Below, one piece after another: positions 40,920-48,659 of a DNA stretch of 52,063 bases (position 1 is the first letter of the stretch; every line of letters starts with the position of its first letter). Origin of the DNA: a virus; IMG/VR virus record IMGVR_UViG_3300045988_076157, positions 1 to 52,063 of that record. One strand, given 5' to 3'. The notes under the pieces are model-generated. The model was given only the letters and a program-made list of their open reading frames with translations. It made no database searches and was not told where the DNA came from. The translations under genes and the position numbers were made by a program.

Positions 40920-41220
40920 TGCATACAGAATAGCCATTAAAACATTGGAGGAATTGCCAGCGAAAAGCTTGAAAAGCAAATCCGGTCAGCGAGTAAATAC
41001 ACATGAGGTGGCTGCTATTCTTCGCACAGTCTTACACTGGTGTCATCCAGAGTTGACAACTCAGGATATTCAAAAGGTGACTCGTTGCGAGAACTGCGAG
41101 CACTATCACAGATACAAGAAGAAGGGTGAGTCCTTCAGACCTCAAGTTGTGTATATGTGCAGTCTCACCAAGACTCGTCGTTCACCAGACTTCTTCTGTA
41201 AGGACGGGGTTGAGAAATGA
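40891..41220 (+). CDS. Small protein with the CxxCxH[YW] motif (RCENCEHYH ... FFCKDG)
   Basis: ORF track entry. Start uncertain (TTG). Confidence 0.55.
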   Translation: MTLPQVKVVDAYRIAIKTLEELPAKSLKSKSGQRVNTHEVAAILRTVLHWCHPELTTQDIQKVTRCENCEHYHRYKKKGESFRPQVVYMCSLTKTRRSPDFFCKDGVEK

Positions 41221-41579
41221 AGCAGCAGATTGGTTATGTAGGAGATCCAAAAGAGCCTATTTCTGATGAGTCTGTGGTGTTCACTGCTATGTACAACTTG
41301 CTGTATGAAAAAAGTCAAGAAGAGCCGAACAAAGGAATCATCGTGTATGGAGGAGACTCAAATCGACGAAAAGTTCGTTGGTCTAAAGTACTTCAGATGG
41401 CACACATGCTTGAAGACTTCTTCATAATGCGTCGTCAACGGTGCGGGAAAGAAATTTGCCAAAACTGTAAACACTGGGAGTCCATATCTGTGGTGTCTCC
41501 TTGGATGGGTGAGTGTAAGAAATACATAAAGCGGATGCATGCTTTAGAGTGCTGTAAACGGTGGAAGGAATCCTCATGA
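41217..41579 (+). CDS. Small protein with the CxxCxH[YW] motif (ICQNCKHWE ... ECCKRW)
   Basis: ATGA coupling to both neighbouring genes. Confidence 0.65.
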   Translation: MKQQIGYVGDPKEPISDESVVFTAMYNLLYEKSQEEPNKGIIVYGGDSNRRKVRWSKVLQMAHMLEDFFIMRRQRCGKEICQNCKHWESISVVSPWMGECKKYIKRMHALECCKRWKESS

Positions 41580-43282
41580 GTTATCAATATGCTACAATTG
41601 ACATTGAGACCACAGGTCTAAACCGTTACAAGGACTCTATCACATGGATTGGCGTGGGCTTGGCAAAGACTATTGACGATGACTTGTCAAAAATCTTGAT
41701 TTATGATGGCACATCAAAAACAGATATGCAGAAGTTCCGCAACGTTATGCGGCATGTGAGAGAAGCCAAAGCCAAGACCGTGTTTCAGAACGGAAAATTC
41801 GATACTCTGTTCATCGAGCATGCGTTGGGATTAAAAATCCCTATTCATGAAGACACCATGCTTATGGGTACAGCCTATGATCTCGTGGCCGAACACGGTT
41901 TGAAGAAAATGGCTCAAGCATACCTTGGTGTGCCTAACTGGGACATCTCTAAGAAGGAGAAACTTGGAGGTGGCCGAGAAACTGTTGTACCATATCTGAA
42001 ATGTGACGTCAAATACACCTGGCAGCTCTTTCAGTATCTGTGTACTCACATGAACTCTCAACAGATGAAGATCTATACTGATCTGTTGCGTCCCGCTTAC
42101 AGGGCATACCGTGATATTGAACGGAATGGTCTATACCTTGATCTGGGTGCTTTGAAGTCTGTACAGAAAAAGTATGGCGATGAGGAGAAACGGCTTGCTA
42201 AAGAGCTCAAAGCCCATCATGACATCAACTGGAATAGCTCCGCTCAAGTTGCTCATGCGTTGTTTGATCTAGAGGGATTGCCTGTACTGTACAAAACAAA
42301 CAAAGGCGCTCCCTCTACCGCAGCAGACGTGTTAAAAGAGCTGTCCATGAAGGGTTATGAAGTCCCAAAGCTATTGCTTCAATACAAAGACGCATCTACC
42401 CGAAACAAGATGTTCTTGAACAGATGGGAGAAGGATTGTTATGATAGCCGAATACATCCCAATTTCAATCTCACCAACGTGGTATCAGGTCGGACCAGTT
42501 GCAATAACCCAAATCTCCAGCAGGTTCCCCGAACAAAGGACATTAGAGGACTGTTTGCAGGTGCTCCTGGTATGATACTCTTTGAAGCGGATTATTCCCA
42601 GCTGGAGCTGAGGATAGCTGCTCATTATGCCAGAGAAAAGACCATGCTGGATATCTATTACAACAATGGCGACATACACACAGAAACTGCAAAATTATTC
42701 ACGAATGGTCGTGAGCCCACGAAAGAAGAACGTGGCAAAGCCAAGGCAGTAAATTTTGGCTTCTTGTATGGTATGCAAGCCAAGAAGTTCGTGAAATATG
42801 CTCTGGACAACTATGGACAAGTGTTTACTCAACATGAAGCTGAACACATCCGAGATCTGTTCTTTGCCAAGTATTCTAGACTTTTACCCTGGCACAAAGA
42901 ACAGGAGTCCCTCTGTGAGATGCAGGGTGGTGTAGGTAATATGTTCGGCCGGTTCCGTCGTCTGCCTCTTATTTACTCAGGGAACAAGTGGGAACGCGCC
43001 AGTGCTGCCCGTCGTGCCATCAATACGCCGGTTCAAGGCTCCGGCTCGGATCTTCTTATCTCAGCGGTGACTCAGATCAACAAGGAGCTCAAGGGAATTG
43101 CTTGGGTCGGAGCCACTGTTCACGATTCAATTATAGGAGAATGCCGAGAAGAAGACAAGGATTTTGTGGATGAAACCATTCGCCGTATAATGAAACACCC
43201 AAAAGTTCTAGATGATTTTGGGGTTGAGCTCAGAGTGACTTTGGACGTAGACATTGGCTGGGGTCCATGGGGAACTCATTAA
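41576..43282 (+). CDS. DNA polymerase I family (family A) with a 3'-5' exonuclease domain
   Basis: Exonuclease motif ATIDIETTGL. Polymerase motifs RTSCNNPNLQQVPR, KAVNFGFLYGM and VHDSII. Confidence 0.9.
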   Translation: MSYQYATIDIETTGLNRYKDSITWIGVGLAKTIDDDLSKILIYDGTSKTDMQKFRNVMRHVREAKAKTVFQNGKFDTLFIEHALGLKIPIHEDTMLMGTAYDLVAEHGLKKMAQAYLGVPNWDISKKEKLGGGRETVVPYLKCDVKYTWQLFQYLCTHMNSQQMKIYTDLLRPAYRAYRDIERNGLYLDLGALKSVQKKYGDEEKRLAKELKAHHDINWNSSAQVAHALFDLEGLPVLYKTNKGAPSTAADVLKELSMKGYEVPKLLLQYKDASTRNKMFLNRWEKDCYDSRIHPNFNLTNVVSGRTSCNNPNLQQVPRTKDIRGLFAGAPGMILFEADYSQLELRIAAHYAREKTMLDIYYNNGDIHTETAKLFTNGREPTKEERGKAKAVNFGFLYGMQAKKFVKYALDNYGQVFTQHEAEHIRDLFFAKYSRLLPWHKEQESLCEMQGGVGNMFGRFRRLPLIYSGNKWERASAARRAINTPVQGSGSDLLISAVTQINKELKGIAWVGATVHDSIIGECREEDKDFVDETIRRIMKHPKVLDDFGVELRVTLDVDIGWGPWGTH

Positions 43283-43346
43283 AATACTGAGAAAACGGTT
43301 GAAAAACCAAGCAAAGAGTAGATAAGGTCTCTAAGACAAGGAAATT

Positions 43347-43364
43347 TTGATCAAATTGATCAAA
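43347..43364. promoter_or_regulatory. Tandem palindromic sites TTGATCAAA x2 abutting the -35 of the 43373 promoter
   Basis: TTTTGATCAAATTGATCAAAAATAGGGCTTTACT. Confidence 0.4.
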
Positions 43365-43372
43365 AATAGGGC

Positions 43373-43401
43373 TTTACTTTTGTCTCAGAATAGGTTATGA
43401 T
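43373..43401 (+). promoter_or_regulatory. Consensus phage promoter TTTACT-17-TATGAT
   Basis: GGGCTTTACTTTTGTCTCAGAATAGGTTATGATTCTATCTGTAAA. Confidence 0.55.
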
Positions 43402-43456
43402 TCTATCTGTAAAAAGAAGTTAAAACTGCTTCAAAACAATTTAGGAGGATACAACA

Positions 43457-43885
43457 ATGATCGAAGTCAAGAAGGGCGAAACTGTTATCGTCAAGGGCTT
43501 TACCGGTATCAAGCTGGGCGTGTTCGAGGTTTCCAAGGCGGACAAGAAGACTGTTACCGTCATGAAGAGAAACGGTGACGAGATGATCTTTGACCGCAAG
43601 ACTGGCAAGCAGATCAACGTGGAGGAAGGCAAGGAGAAGTATGCCAACTCCCTCATGGAGGATGATGGCAGCTATGTTGCTCCCTCTGCCTCTAAGAAGT
43701 CTAAGAAAGCCTCCAAGCCTGCGACCAAGAAGGCCAAGCCCGAGCCTGAAGACGATGACGAAGATGAGGACGAAGATGAGGAAGAGGAAGTCAAGCCTGT
43801 GAAGAAGGCAAAGAAGTCTGCCAAGAAGACCAAGAAGGTCACTGAGGAAGACGACGATGACGACTTTGAGGACATGGATGACTGA
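43457..43885 (+). CDS. Small-domain protein with alternating Lys-rich and Asp/Glu-rich C-terminal tail (ends DDDDDFEDMDD)
   Basis: RBS AGGAGGA. The tail block KKAKPEPEDDDEDEDEDEE is shared with the 46067-46738 product. Confidence 0.75.
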   Translation: MIEVKKGETVIVKGFTGIKLGVFEVSKADKKTVTVMKRNGDEMIFDRKTGKQINVEEGKEKYANSLMEDDGSYVAPSASKKSKKASKPATKKAKPEPEDDDEDEDEDEEEEVKPVKKAKKSAKKTKKVTEEDDDDDFEDMDD

Positions 43886-43892
43886 TCTCATC

Positions 43893-43909
43893 CGGGGGCA
43901 TTGCCCCCG
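43893..43909 (+). other. GC hairpin CGGGGGC-ATT-GCCCCCG after the acidic-tail gene (no T-tract)
   Basis: 7-bp stem read from the sequence. Confidence 0.4.
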
Positions 43910-44091
43910 CCTCTAATGCAGCTCAAGACTGGTGGGAAAGCCTTTACTGGCGAGTAACTCGGTGTACACCACTCAAAAGTGTACCTCGCTTGAACGGTGA
44001 CAAGCCCGTGTAAATGCAGAGTCAAGGAAAAGCTCAGTAGGAAGAGCATCTGAGGGAGGCCGACTATCCCCGGTGGCTGGCCTCCCTACAC

Positions 44092-44167
44092 GGGACATTA
44101 GCTCAGTTGGTAGAGCATCTGGCTCATAACCGGGTGGCCACGGGTTCAAGTCCCTTATGTCCCACCA
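44092..44167 (+). tRNA. tRNA with anticodon CAU (elongator Met, or Ile2 if lysidine-modified), CCA encoded
   Basis: Manual cloverleaf: acceptor GGGACAT/ATGTCCC, D-arm GCTC-AGTTGGTA-GAGC, anticodon loop CTCATAA (CAT at 44125-44127), T-loop TTCAAGT, 3' ACCA. One C-T mismatch in the T-stem. The G1-C72 pair argues against an initiator tRNA. Confidence 0.85.
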
Positions 44168-44311
44168 CCCGTGCGTGCGCTTCACGGGTTCATTTATGCG
44201 CCTCTTTCCTATAAGCTGACTGGCATAAGAGAGTTCAGAGAAATCTGAGAGTGCAGCTCACTCCCCCAAGGAACGTGCTAGTGTTTGAGACTAGATGCAA
44301 GGAGTGCCCCA

Positions 44312-45307
44312 GTGCAATTCTGGCAGCCTATACAAACTGAGGAGGTGAAAACTCTGTATATCAGCTATTCGCGCATGTCCACATATCTGAAATGCCCCTA
44401 CCAACACTGGCTTCGGTATGTACGACGGCTGGAGAAACGATCCCCTGAAAGACCGTTGTATTTTGGTACAGACTTCCATAAGTTGCTTGAGCTCCGCAAT
44501 GACCCGGAAGCACTGAAAGAAGCCAAGCAGGTCATCAAGGACACCTATTATGAACTCCCAGCCTCACAGCAGGGAATCCTAGGAGAAAACTACATCGAAG
44601 ATCTGTTTACAATCTTCAAGGACTATCGACGGTTGTATAAAGATGTACGTCAACCTCAAGTGACCGAGAAAGAGTTTGAACTGGAAGTTGGAAGATCCAA
44701 CGGTGAACCCATTGTTTTTGTAGGGAAGATTGATGAACTGTATCTCATGAAGAGACAAGGAGTCAAGTACATTACTATTGGTGAACACAAAACGTTTTCC
44801 AATAAGCCCAGCGCCGATCTATTGGTAATGAATACTCAAAAGTGTTTGTATGCCAAAGCGGCGTATCTTTTGAAGGGTGTATTACCCGACAAGGTAAAGT
44901 GGGACTACATCAAGTCTACTCCAGCAGCTGAGCCTATTTGGCTTGAAAAAACCAAAAGATTCAGTGAAGCAGCTTCTACCAAGATAACACCCATGAGTTG
45001 GAGGAGAGCCTGTAAAAAGCGAGATATCCTTGATCCGGAGATTCTTCATAAGGGAGACCGATACAAGGACAATGTTTCTGAATTTTTCTTCCAGGTTGAT
45101 CTTCCTATTGACCCTAAAATGGTGGATGTTATCTGGGATGGGTATCTATACACAGCTCAAAACATAATCCGTTGCGGATCTGACAACAAGACTCATAATG
45201 TTACCCGAGATTGTTCTTGGTGTAGTTACCATGATATTTGCTATGCTGAGATGACCGGAGGAGATGTTGAGTACACCATTGCAAAAGACTTTGTAGAAAA
45301 GGAGTGA
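44312..45307 (+). CDS. PD-(D/E)XK exonuclease, Cas4/AddB-like with a four-Cys (Fe-S-type) cluster
   Basis: Motifs GKIDEL...GEHKT (D...ExK) and QKCLYAKAAY (QxxxY). Cys in YLKCPY plus CSWCSYHDIC. GTG at 44312 after AAGGAG. Confidence 0.8.
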   Translation: MQFWQPIQTEEVKTLYISYSRMSTYLKCPYQHWLRYVRRLEKRSPERPLYFGTDFHKLLELRNDPEALKEAKQVIKDTYYELPASQQGILGENYIEDLFTIFKDYRRLYKDVRQPQVTEKEFELEVGRSNGEPIVFVGKIDELYLMKRQGVKYITIGEHKTFSNKPSADLLVMNTQKCLYAKAAYLLKGVLPDKVKWDYIKSTPAAEPIWLEKTKRFSEAASTKITPMSWRRACKKRDILDPEILHKGDRYKDNVSEFFFQVDLPIDPKMVDVIWDGYLYTAQNIIRCGSDNKTHNVTRDCSWCSYHDICYAEMTGGDVEYTIAKDFVEKE

Positions 45308-45311
45308 CATC

Positions 45312-46049
45312 ATGGGTCTATTAGACTCTGCCGTTGACATCCAAGAACTCGGTCAACGGAATTTTTGGGTGCTGTATGGTAAATCCAACAGCGGAAAGAC
45401 CTACATAGCATCCACCTTTCCCAAGCCACTTCTGTATGTACAGATTGGTGATGACGGCTCTAACACGATTGCTCATGTAGAAGGTATCAAGGCTATTTCT
45501 ATTGAGAACGTGGAACAGTTCAAAACCCTCTGCGAAGAGCTCAAGAAAGACAAGAAGTACAAAACCATTGCTGTTGATACTTTTTCACTGGTTGTGAATG
45601 AGTGGGTACAGCAAAAAGTTACCACCAAGGGCAAGAAAATGACTCAGCAGCTCTGGGGTGATCTGAAAACCGAGCAGGAAGAGCTGATCAAGGCTCTCCA
45701 TCGGTTAGCAAAGAAACACATTGTAGTGGCTACCTGCCACGAAAGCATGGATGCTATCGAAGGCATGGAAGATGAGATTACTCCGGACATCCGGCCGTCT
45801 GTTTCTAAGGGTGCCCGCACATATCTTGAGGGTATGGCCAATTATGGGATTCATACAACCAAGATTGTCAAGGAAATTACCAAGGGGAATGAGACCAAAG
45901 AAGTTGTCAAGTATGCCGCTGATATTGGTCCCAATCCTTACTACTGGACGAAACTCCAGATTGATCCGAGCATCAAAGTTCCCAAGCGCATAATCAATCC
46001 GACCTATGACAAGTTCATGGAAGTCATCGGTTCGGTTGACAATAACTAG
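45312..46049 (+). CDS. Sak4-like / AAA_24 RecA-fold recombination ATPase
   Basis: Walker A LYGKSNSGKT, Walker B IAVDTF, and position next to the nuclease and the DUF669 gene. Confidence 0.8.
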   Translation: MGLLDSAVDIQELGQRNFWVLYGKSNSGKTYIASTFPKPLLYVQIGDDGSNTIAHVEGIKAISIENVEQFKTLCEELKKDKKYKTIAVDTFSLVVNEWVQQKVTTKGKKMTQQLWGDLKTEQEELIKALHRLAKKHIVVATCHESMDAIEGMEDEITPDIRPSVSKGARTYLEGMANYGIHTTKIVKEITKGNETKEVVKYAADIGPNPYYWTKLQIDPSIKVPKRIINPTYDKFMEVIGSVDNN

Positions 46050-46066
46050 ATCTTGGAGGTATTACA

Positions 46067-46738
46067 ATGAGCAGAAGAATGAAAGTCGATATGACCAACG
46101 TGGAGAGTTACACCCGTTGTCCCGAGGGTCAGTTCCCTGCCAAGCTGGTCAAACTGGAAGAATGCACCATTCAGGGTTCCGGCGACGACGGTCTGAAGGC
46201 AAAGTTTGAAGTCACTGGTGGTTCTGGCAAGGGCAGCAACGTCTTTGAGACCTTCTCTCTGGGTGAGAAAGCTCTGTGGAAGCTGAAGATGATGCTGGAG
46301 GCCATGGGCATGAAGGCCACCGGCAAGATGACTTTGGATCTGGACAAGCTGGAAGGCAAGTCCGTCGGTATCGAAGTCGTTCATGATGAGTTCAATGGTC
46401 GGAAAACTGCAAAGATCGCCCAGTACCTCAAGCTGAGTGAGCTGGAAGACACTGAGGCTGATGAAGACGACGAAGATGAGGATGATGACGATGAGGATGA
46501 GGAGCCGGTAAAGAAGCCTGCAAAGAAAGCTCCTGCCAAGAAGTCCAAAAAGCAGCCTGAGCCGGATGAGGACGAGGATGAGGATGATGACGAAGATGAG
46601 GACGAAGACGAGGAAAAGTCTGCCCCCAAGAAGTCTTCTAAGAAAGCTCCTGCAAAGGCTGCCAAAAAGTCTTCCAAGAAGGCAAAGCCTGAACCCGAGG
46701 ACGATGATGAGGACGACTGGGAGGACGATGAGGACTGA
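46067..46738 (+). CDS. DUF669-family (SSB-like) protein with a long alternating acidic/basic tail ending DDWEDDED
   Basis: N-terminal domain CPEGQFPAKLVKLEE...KAKFEVTGG...FSLGEKALWKLKMMLEAMG fits DUF669. The tail has three acidic and two Lys-rich blocks. Confidence 0.75.
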   Translation: MSRRMKVDMTNVESYTRCPEGQFPAKLVKLEECTIQGSGDDGLKAKFEVTGGSGKGSNVFETFSLGEKALWKLKMMLEAMGMKATGKMTLDLDKLEGKSVGIEVVHDEFNGRKTAKIAQYLKLSELEDTEADEDDEDEDDDDEDEEPVKKPAKKAPAKKSKKQPEPDEDEDEDDDEDEDEDEEKSAPKKSSKKAPAKAAKKSSKKAKPEPEDDDEDDWEDDED

Positions 46739-46757
46739 TGTCCTCTGATTCTCATAC

Positions 46758-46779
46758 GGGGGAGGGGCAACCCTCCCCC
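46758..46779 (+). other. 9-bp GC hairpin GGGGGAGGG-GCAA-CCCTCCCCC (no T-tract)
   Basis: Read from the sequence, just after the 46067-46738 stop. Confidence 0.45.
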
Positions 46780-46794
46780 AGATAGGAGATGATT

Positions 46795-47733
46795 ATGCTA
46801 TATGACTACAGCATTCCAGGAGACTGCAAAGAGCTAAGAAGATCTATTTTCACAGAGCTGATGACTCCCGATACAAAAACTGGATACATGGACGGGGAAG
46901 ACTATCAACTCATGAGACCATACGCAAAGGAACGAGCACTTGATCTTGAATCCTGTCTATGGCTGGCCTTTCTGTATGGTATTTCCTACTCATGTACAAC
47001 CACAATGCGGTTTCTTGAAGAATTCCCCACTATTGCAGATGTAACTCCTAAACGAGTCAACGCATTTTGGAAAGACAAGAAAGAATCCCTTTGGTTTAAT
47101 CCCGACAAGAAGTACCTCAAAAACAACGATCAAGTTATACCGGCCATTCGGTCTATCTGTGAATTGTCCCATAAAAACTTGAGTGACTACCTTTGCCCAT
47201 TGTTAGAGCAAGGATTTGATGTTACATACAAGGAAATTACCAAGCGTTGGCGTTTCTTTGGTCCCCATGGAGCATACTTGTTCTTTGATGCCCTGTACGG
47301 TATGCAACCAAGCTGGTATTCTGATCCTGAACACCTGGATTGGAAAAACTGTGGTCAAACTGTTGTGGAAGGTATGGCTCATCTACTTTGTGATGATGAA
47401 GCTATACAAACCAAACAATACAACCTGGAACGATACAATCGAATGCTGGATAAACTGGCCAACAGATTCCATAAACCTAAGATTGTCTTGGAGTCCAATC
47501 TTTGTTTCTTCCGCAAGCTGTTCAAGGGTTCCCGATATTTGGGCTATTATGCAGACCGCAACCTGATGGAGTGTCATGCTACAGCTGACATACTGAGGGA
47601 AGATTGTGGAATAGATGTTTGGAAACTGCGCAAAAAGACTACTCAGGATGATCTACGTGGAGAGATACATGGTTGGGACGCCATACGCAAAGAAAGGTTG
47701 AAATTGTTTTTGACTACAGGAGCTCTATCATGA
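46795..47733 (+). CDS. Helical protein, second candidate DNA base-hypermodification enzyme (aGPT-pyrophosphorylase / glycosylase-like, tentative)
   Basis: WRFFGPHGAYLFFDALYGM...NCGQTVVEGMAHLL resembles the G.G.f.a.q...D..y...GPG...G pattern also present in 35360-36376. ATGA-coupled to the P-loop kinase. Confidence 0.35.
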   Translation: MLYDYSIPGDCKELRRSIFTELMTPDTKTGYMDGEDYQLMRPYAKERALDLESCLWLAFLYGISYSCTTTMRFLEEFPTIADVTPKRVNAFWKDKKESLWFNPDKKYLKNNDQVIPAIRSICELSHKNLSDYLCPLLEQGFDVTYKEITKRWRFFGPHGAYLFFDALYGMQPSWYSDPEHLDWKNCGQTVVEGMAHLLCDDEAIQTKQYNLERYNRMLDKLANRFHKPKIVLESNLCFFRKLFKGSRYLGYYADRNLMECHATADILREDCGIDVWKLRKKTTQDDLRGEIHGWDAIRKERLKLFLTTGALS

Positions 47734-48320
47734 GACTTCTTATCAATATCCGAGGATGCAATGGTGCTGGTAAATCTACCATCCCCATGTCTATGCTAGA
47801 TGATCCAGAGATGTTTATTGAAGAGCTCAAGTACAGTGATGGCAAAAGGATCGGTGCATTCACTGTATTCCCATCCTATGGTTGGGTTGCTCTAGGAACC
47901 TATTTCAACAAGACCGGAGGGCTTGATGGTATTCGCAACATGGAATGTACCAAGACCACCCTCTATGCAGCCTTGGGTCTCTACCCTGACTATGATATCC
48001 TCATGGAAGGGATCCTCTGTAGTACAGTGTTCTCTAGCTATTCTGACCTGTTTCACGAGATAGAGAATCAGACCGGCAGACAGATAATGATTCTATCCCT
48101 TCTTCCGCCCCTCGAGGTCTGTCTAGAGCGCATTCAAACTCGGAATGGAGGTAAACCCATTAAAGAAGACCTCGTGGCAGGAAAGCGAAGTTCTGTGGCA
48201 AGGAGCCACGAAAAGTTCAAGCAAGAAGGATTCACATGTATAAAGGTAGACTCTTCCCGAGTCCCTAGAGAAAGAATGCTCAAAGCATTTCTTCAAACTG
48301 TGGAAAAACATCGGAGGTAA
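47730..48320 (+). CDS. P-loop kinase (nucleotide or DNA 5-hydroxymethyl-pyrimidine kinase candidate)
   Basis: Walker A GCNGAGKST near the N-terminus, 196 aa. Context between hypermodification-type genes. Confidence 0.6.
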   Translation: MRLLINIRGCNGAGKSTIPMSMLDDPEMFIEELKYSDGKRIGAFTVFPSYGWVALGTYFNKTGGLDGIRNMECTKTTLYAALGLYPDYDILMEGILCSTVFSSYSDLFHEIENQTGRQIMILSLLPPLEVCLERIQTRNGGKPIKEDLVAGKRSSVARSHEKFKQEGFTCIKVDSSRVPRERMLKAFLQTVEKHRR

Positions 48321-48322
48321 CT

Positions 48323-48658
48323 ATGGACCAGAAAATGGAAATTCATCAGCATCTCTGTGAGAAGATGCATGACCTGTATGAGCGTAAAAACGCTGACTAT
48401 GGGGATAGCTTTGCTCAGCTCCGCAAGCGATATCCAAACTTCGTGTGTATGCGGCTGTTTGACAAGTTAAACCGACTTGACACCATCATCCAGCCGGGGT
48501 ATGAGTGTAAGGTGTCTGACGAGAAGATTGAGGACACCCTGATGGATATTGCCAACTATGCGATCATGGAGCTGACTGAACGCATCGCTGACAGAAATCC
48601 CCCTATATCTGCAAGCAACCTGTATGCAACTTCTATTGATGCAAAGGAGGTACACTAA
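48323..48658 (+). CDS. DUF1599 (nucleotide modification associated domain 1, MazG-related) protein
   Basis: KNADYGDSF...MRLFDKLNRLDTI...EDTLMDIANYAIM fits the DUF1599 pattern. Confidence 0.7.
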   Translation: MDQKMEIHQHLCEKMHDLYERKNADYGDSFAQLRKRYPNFVCMRLFDKLNRLDTIIQPGYECKVSDEKIEDTLMDIANYAIMELTERIADRNPPISASNLYATSIDAKEVH

Positions 48659-48659
48659 C

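Noticed and set aside
43403-43891. Antisense ORFs rich in Leu, Ser or Phe opposite the acidic-tail genes (43403-43891, 43672-43875 and 46381-46770)
   Set aside because: These are mirror images of GAn/AAG codon repeats encoding the Asp/Glu/Lys tails on the plus strand. There are no start signals.
43973-44185. 70-aa minus-strand ORF
   Set aside because: It overlaps the tRNA(CAU) gene and its upstream structured region. It is an artefact of the GC-rich tRNA sequence.
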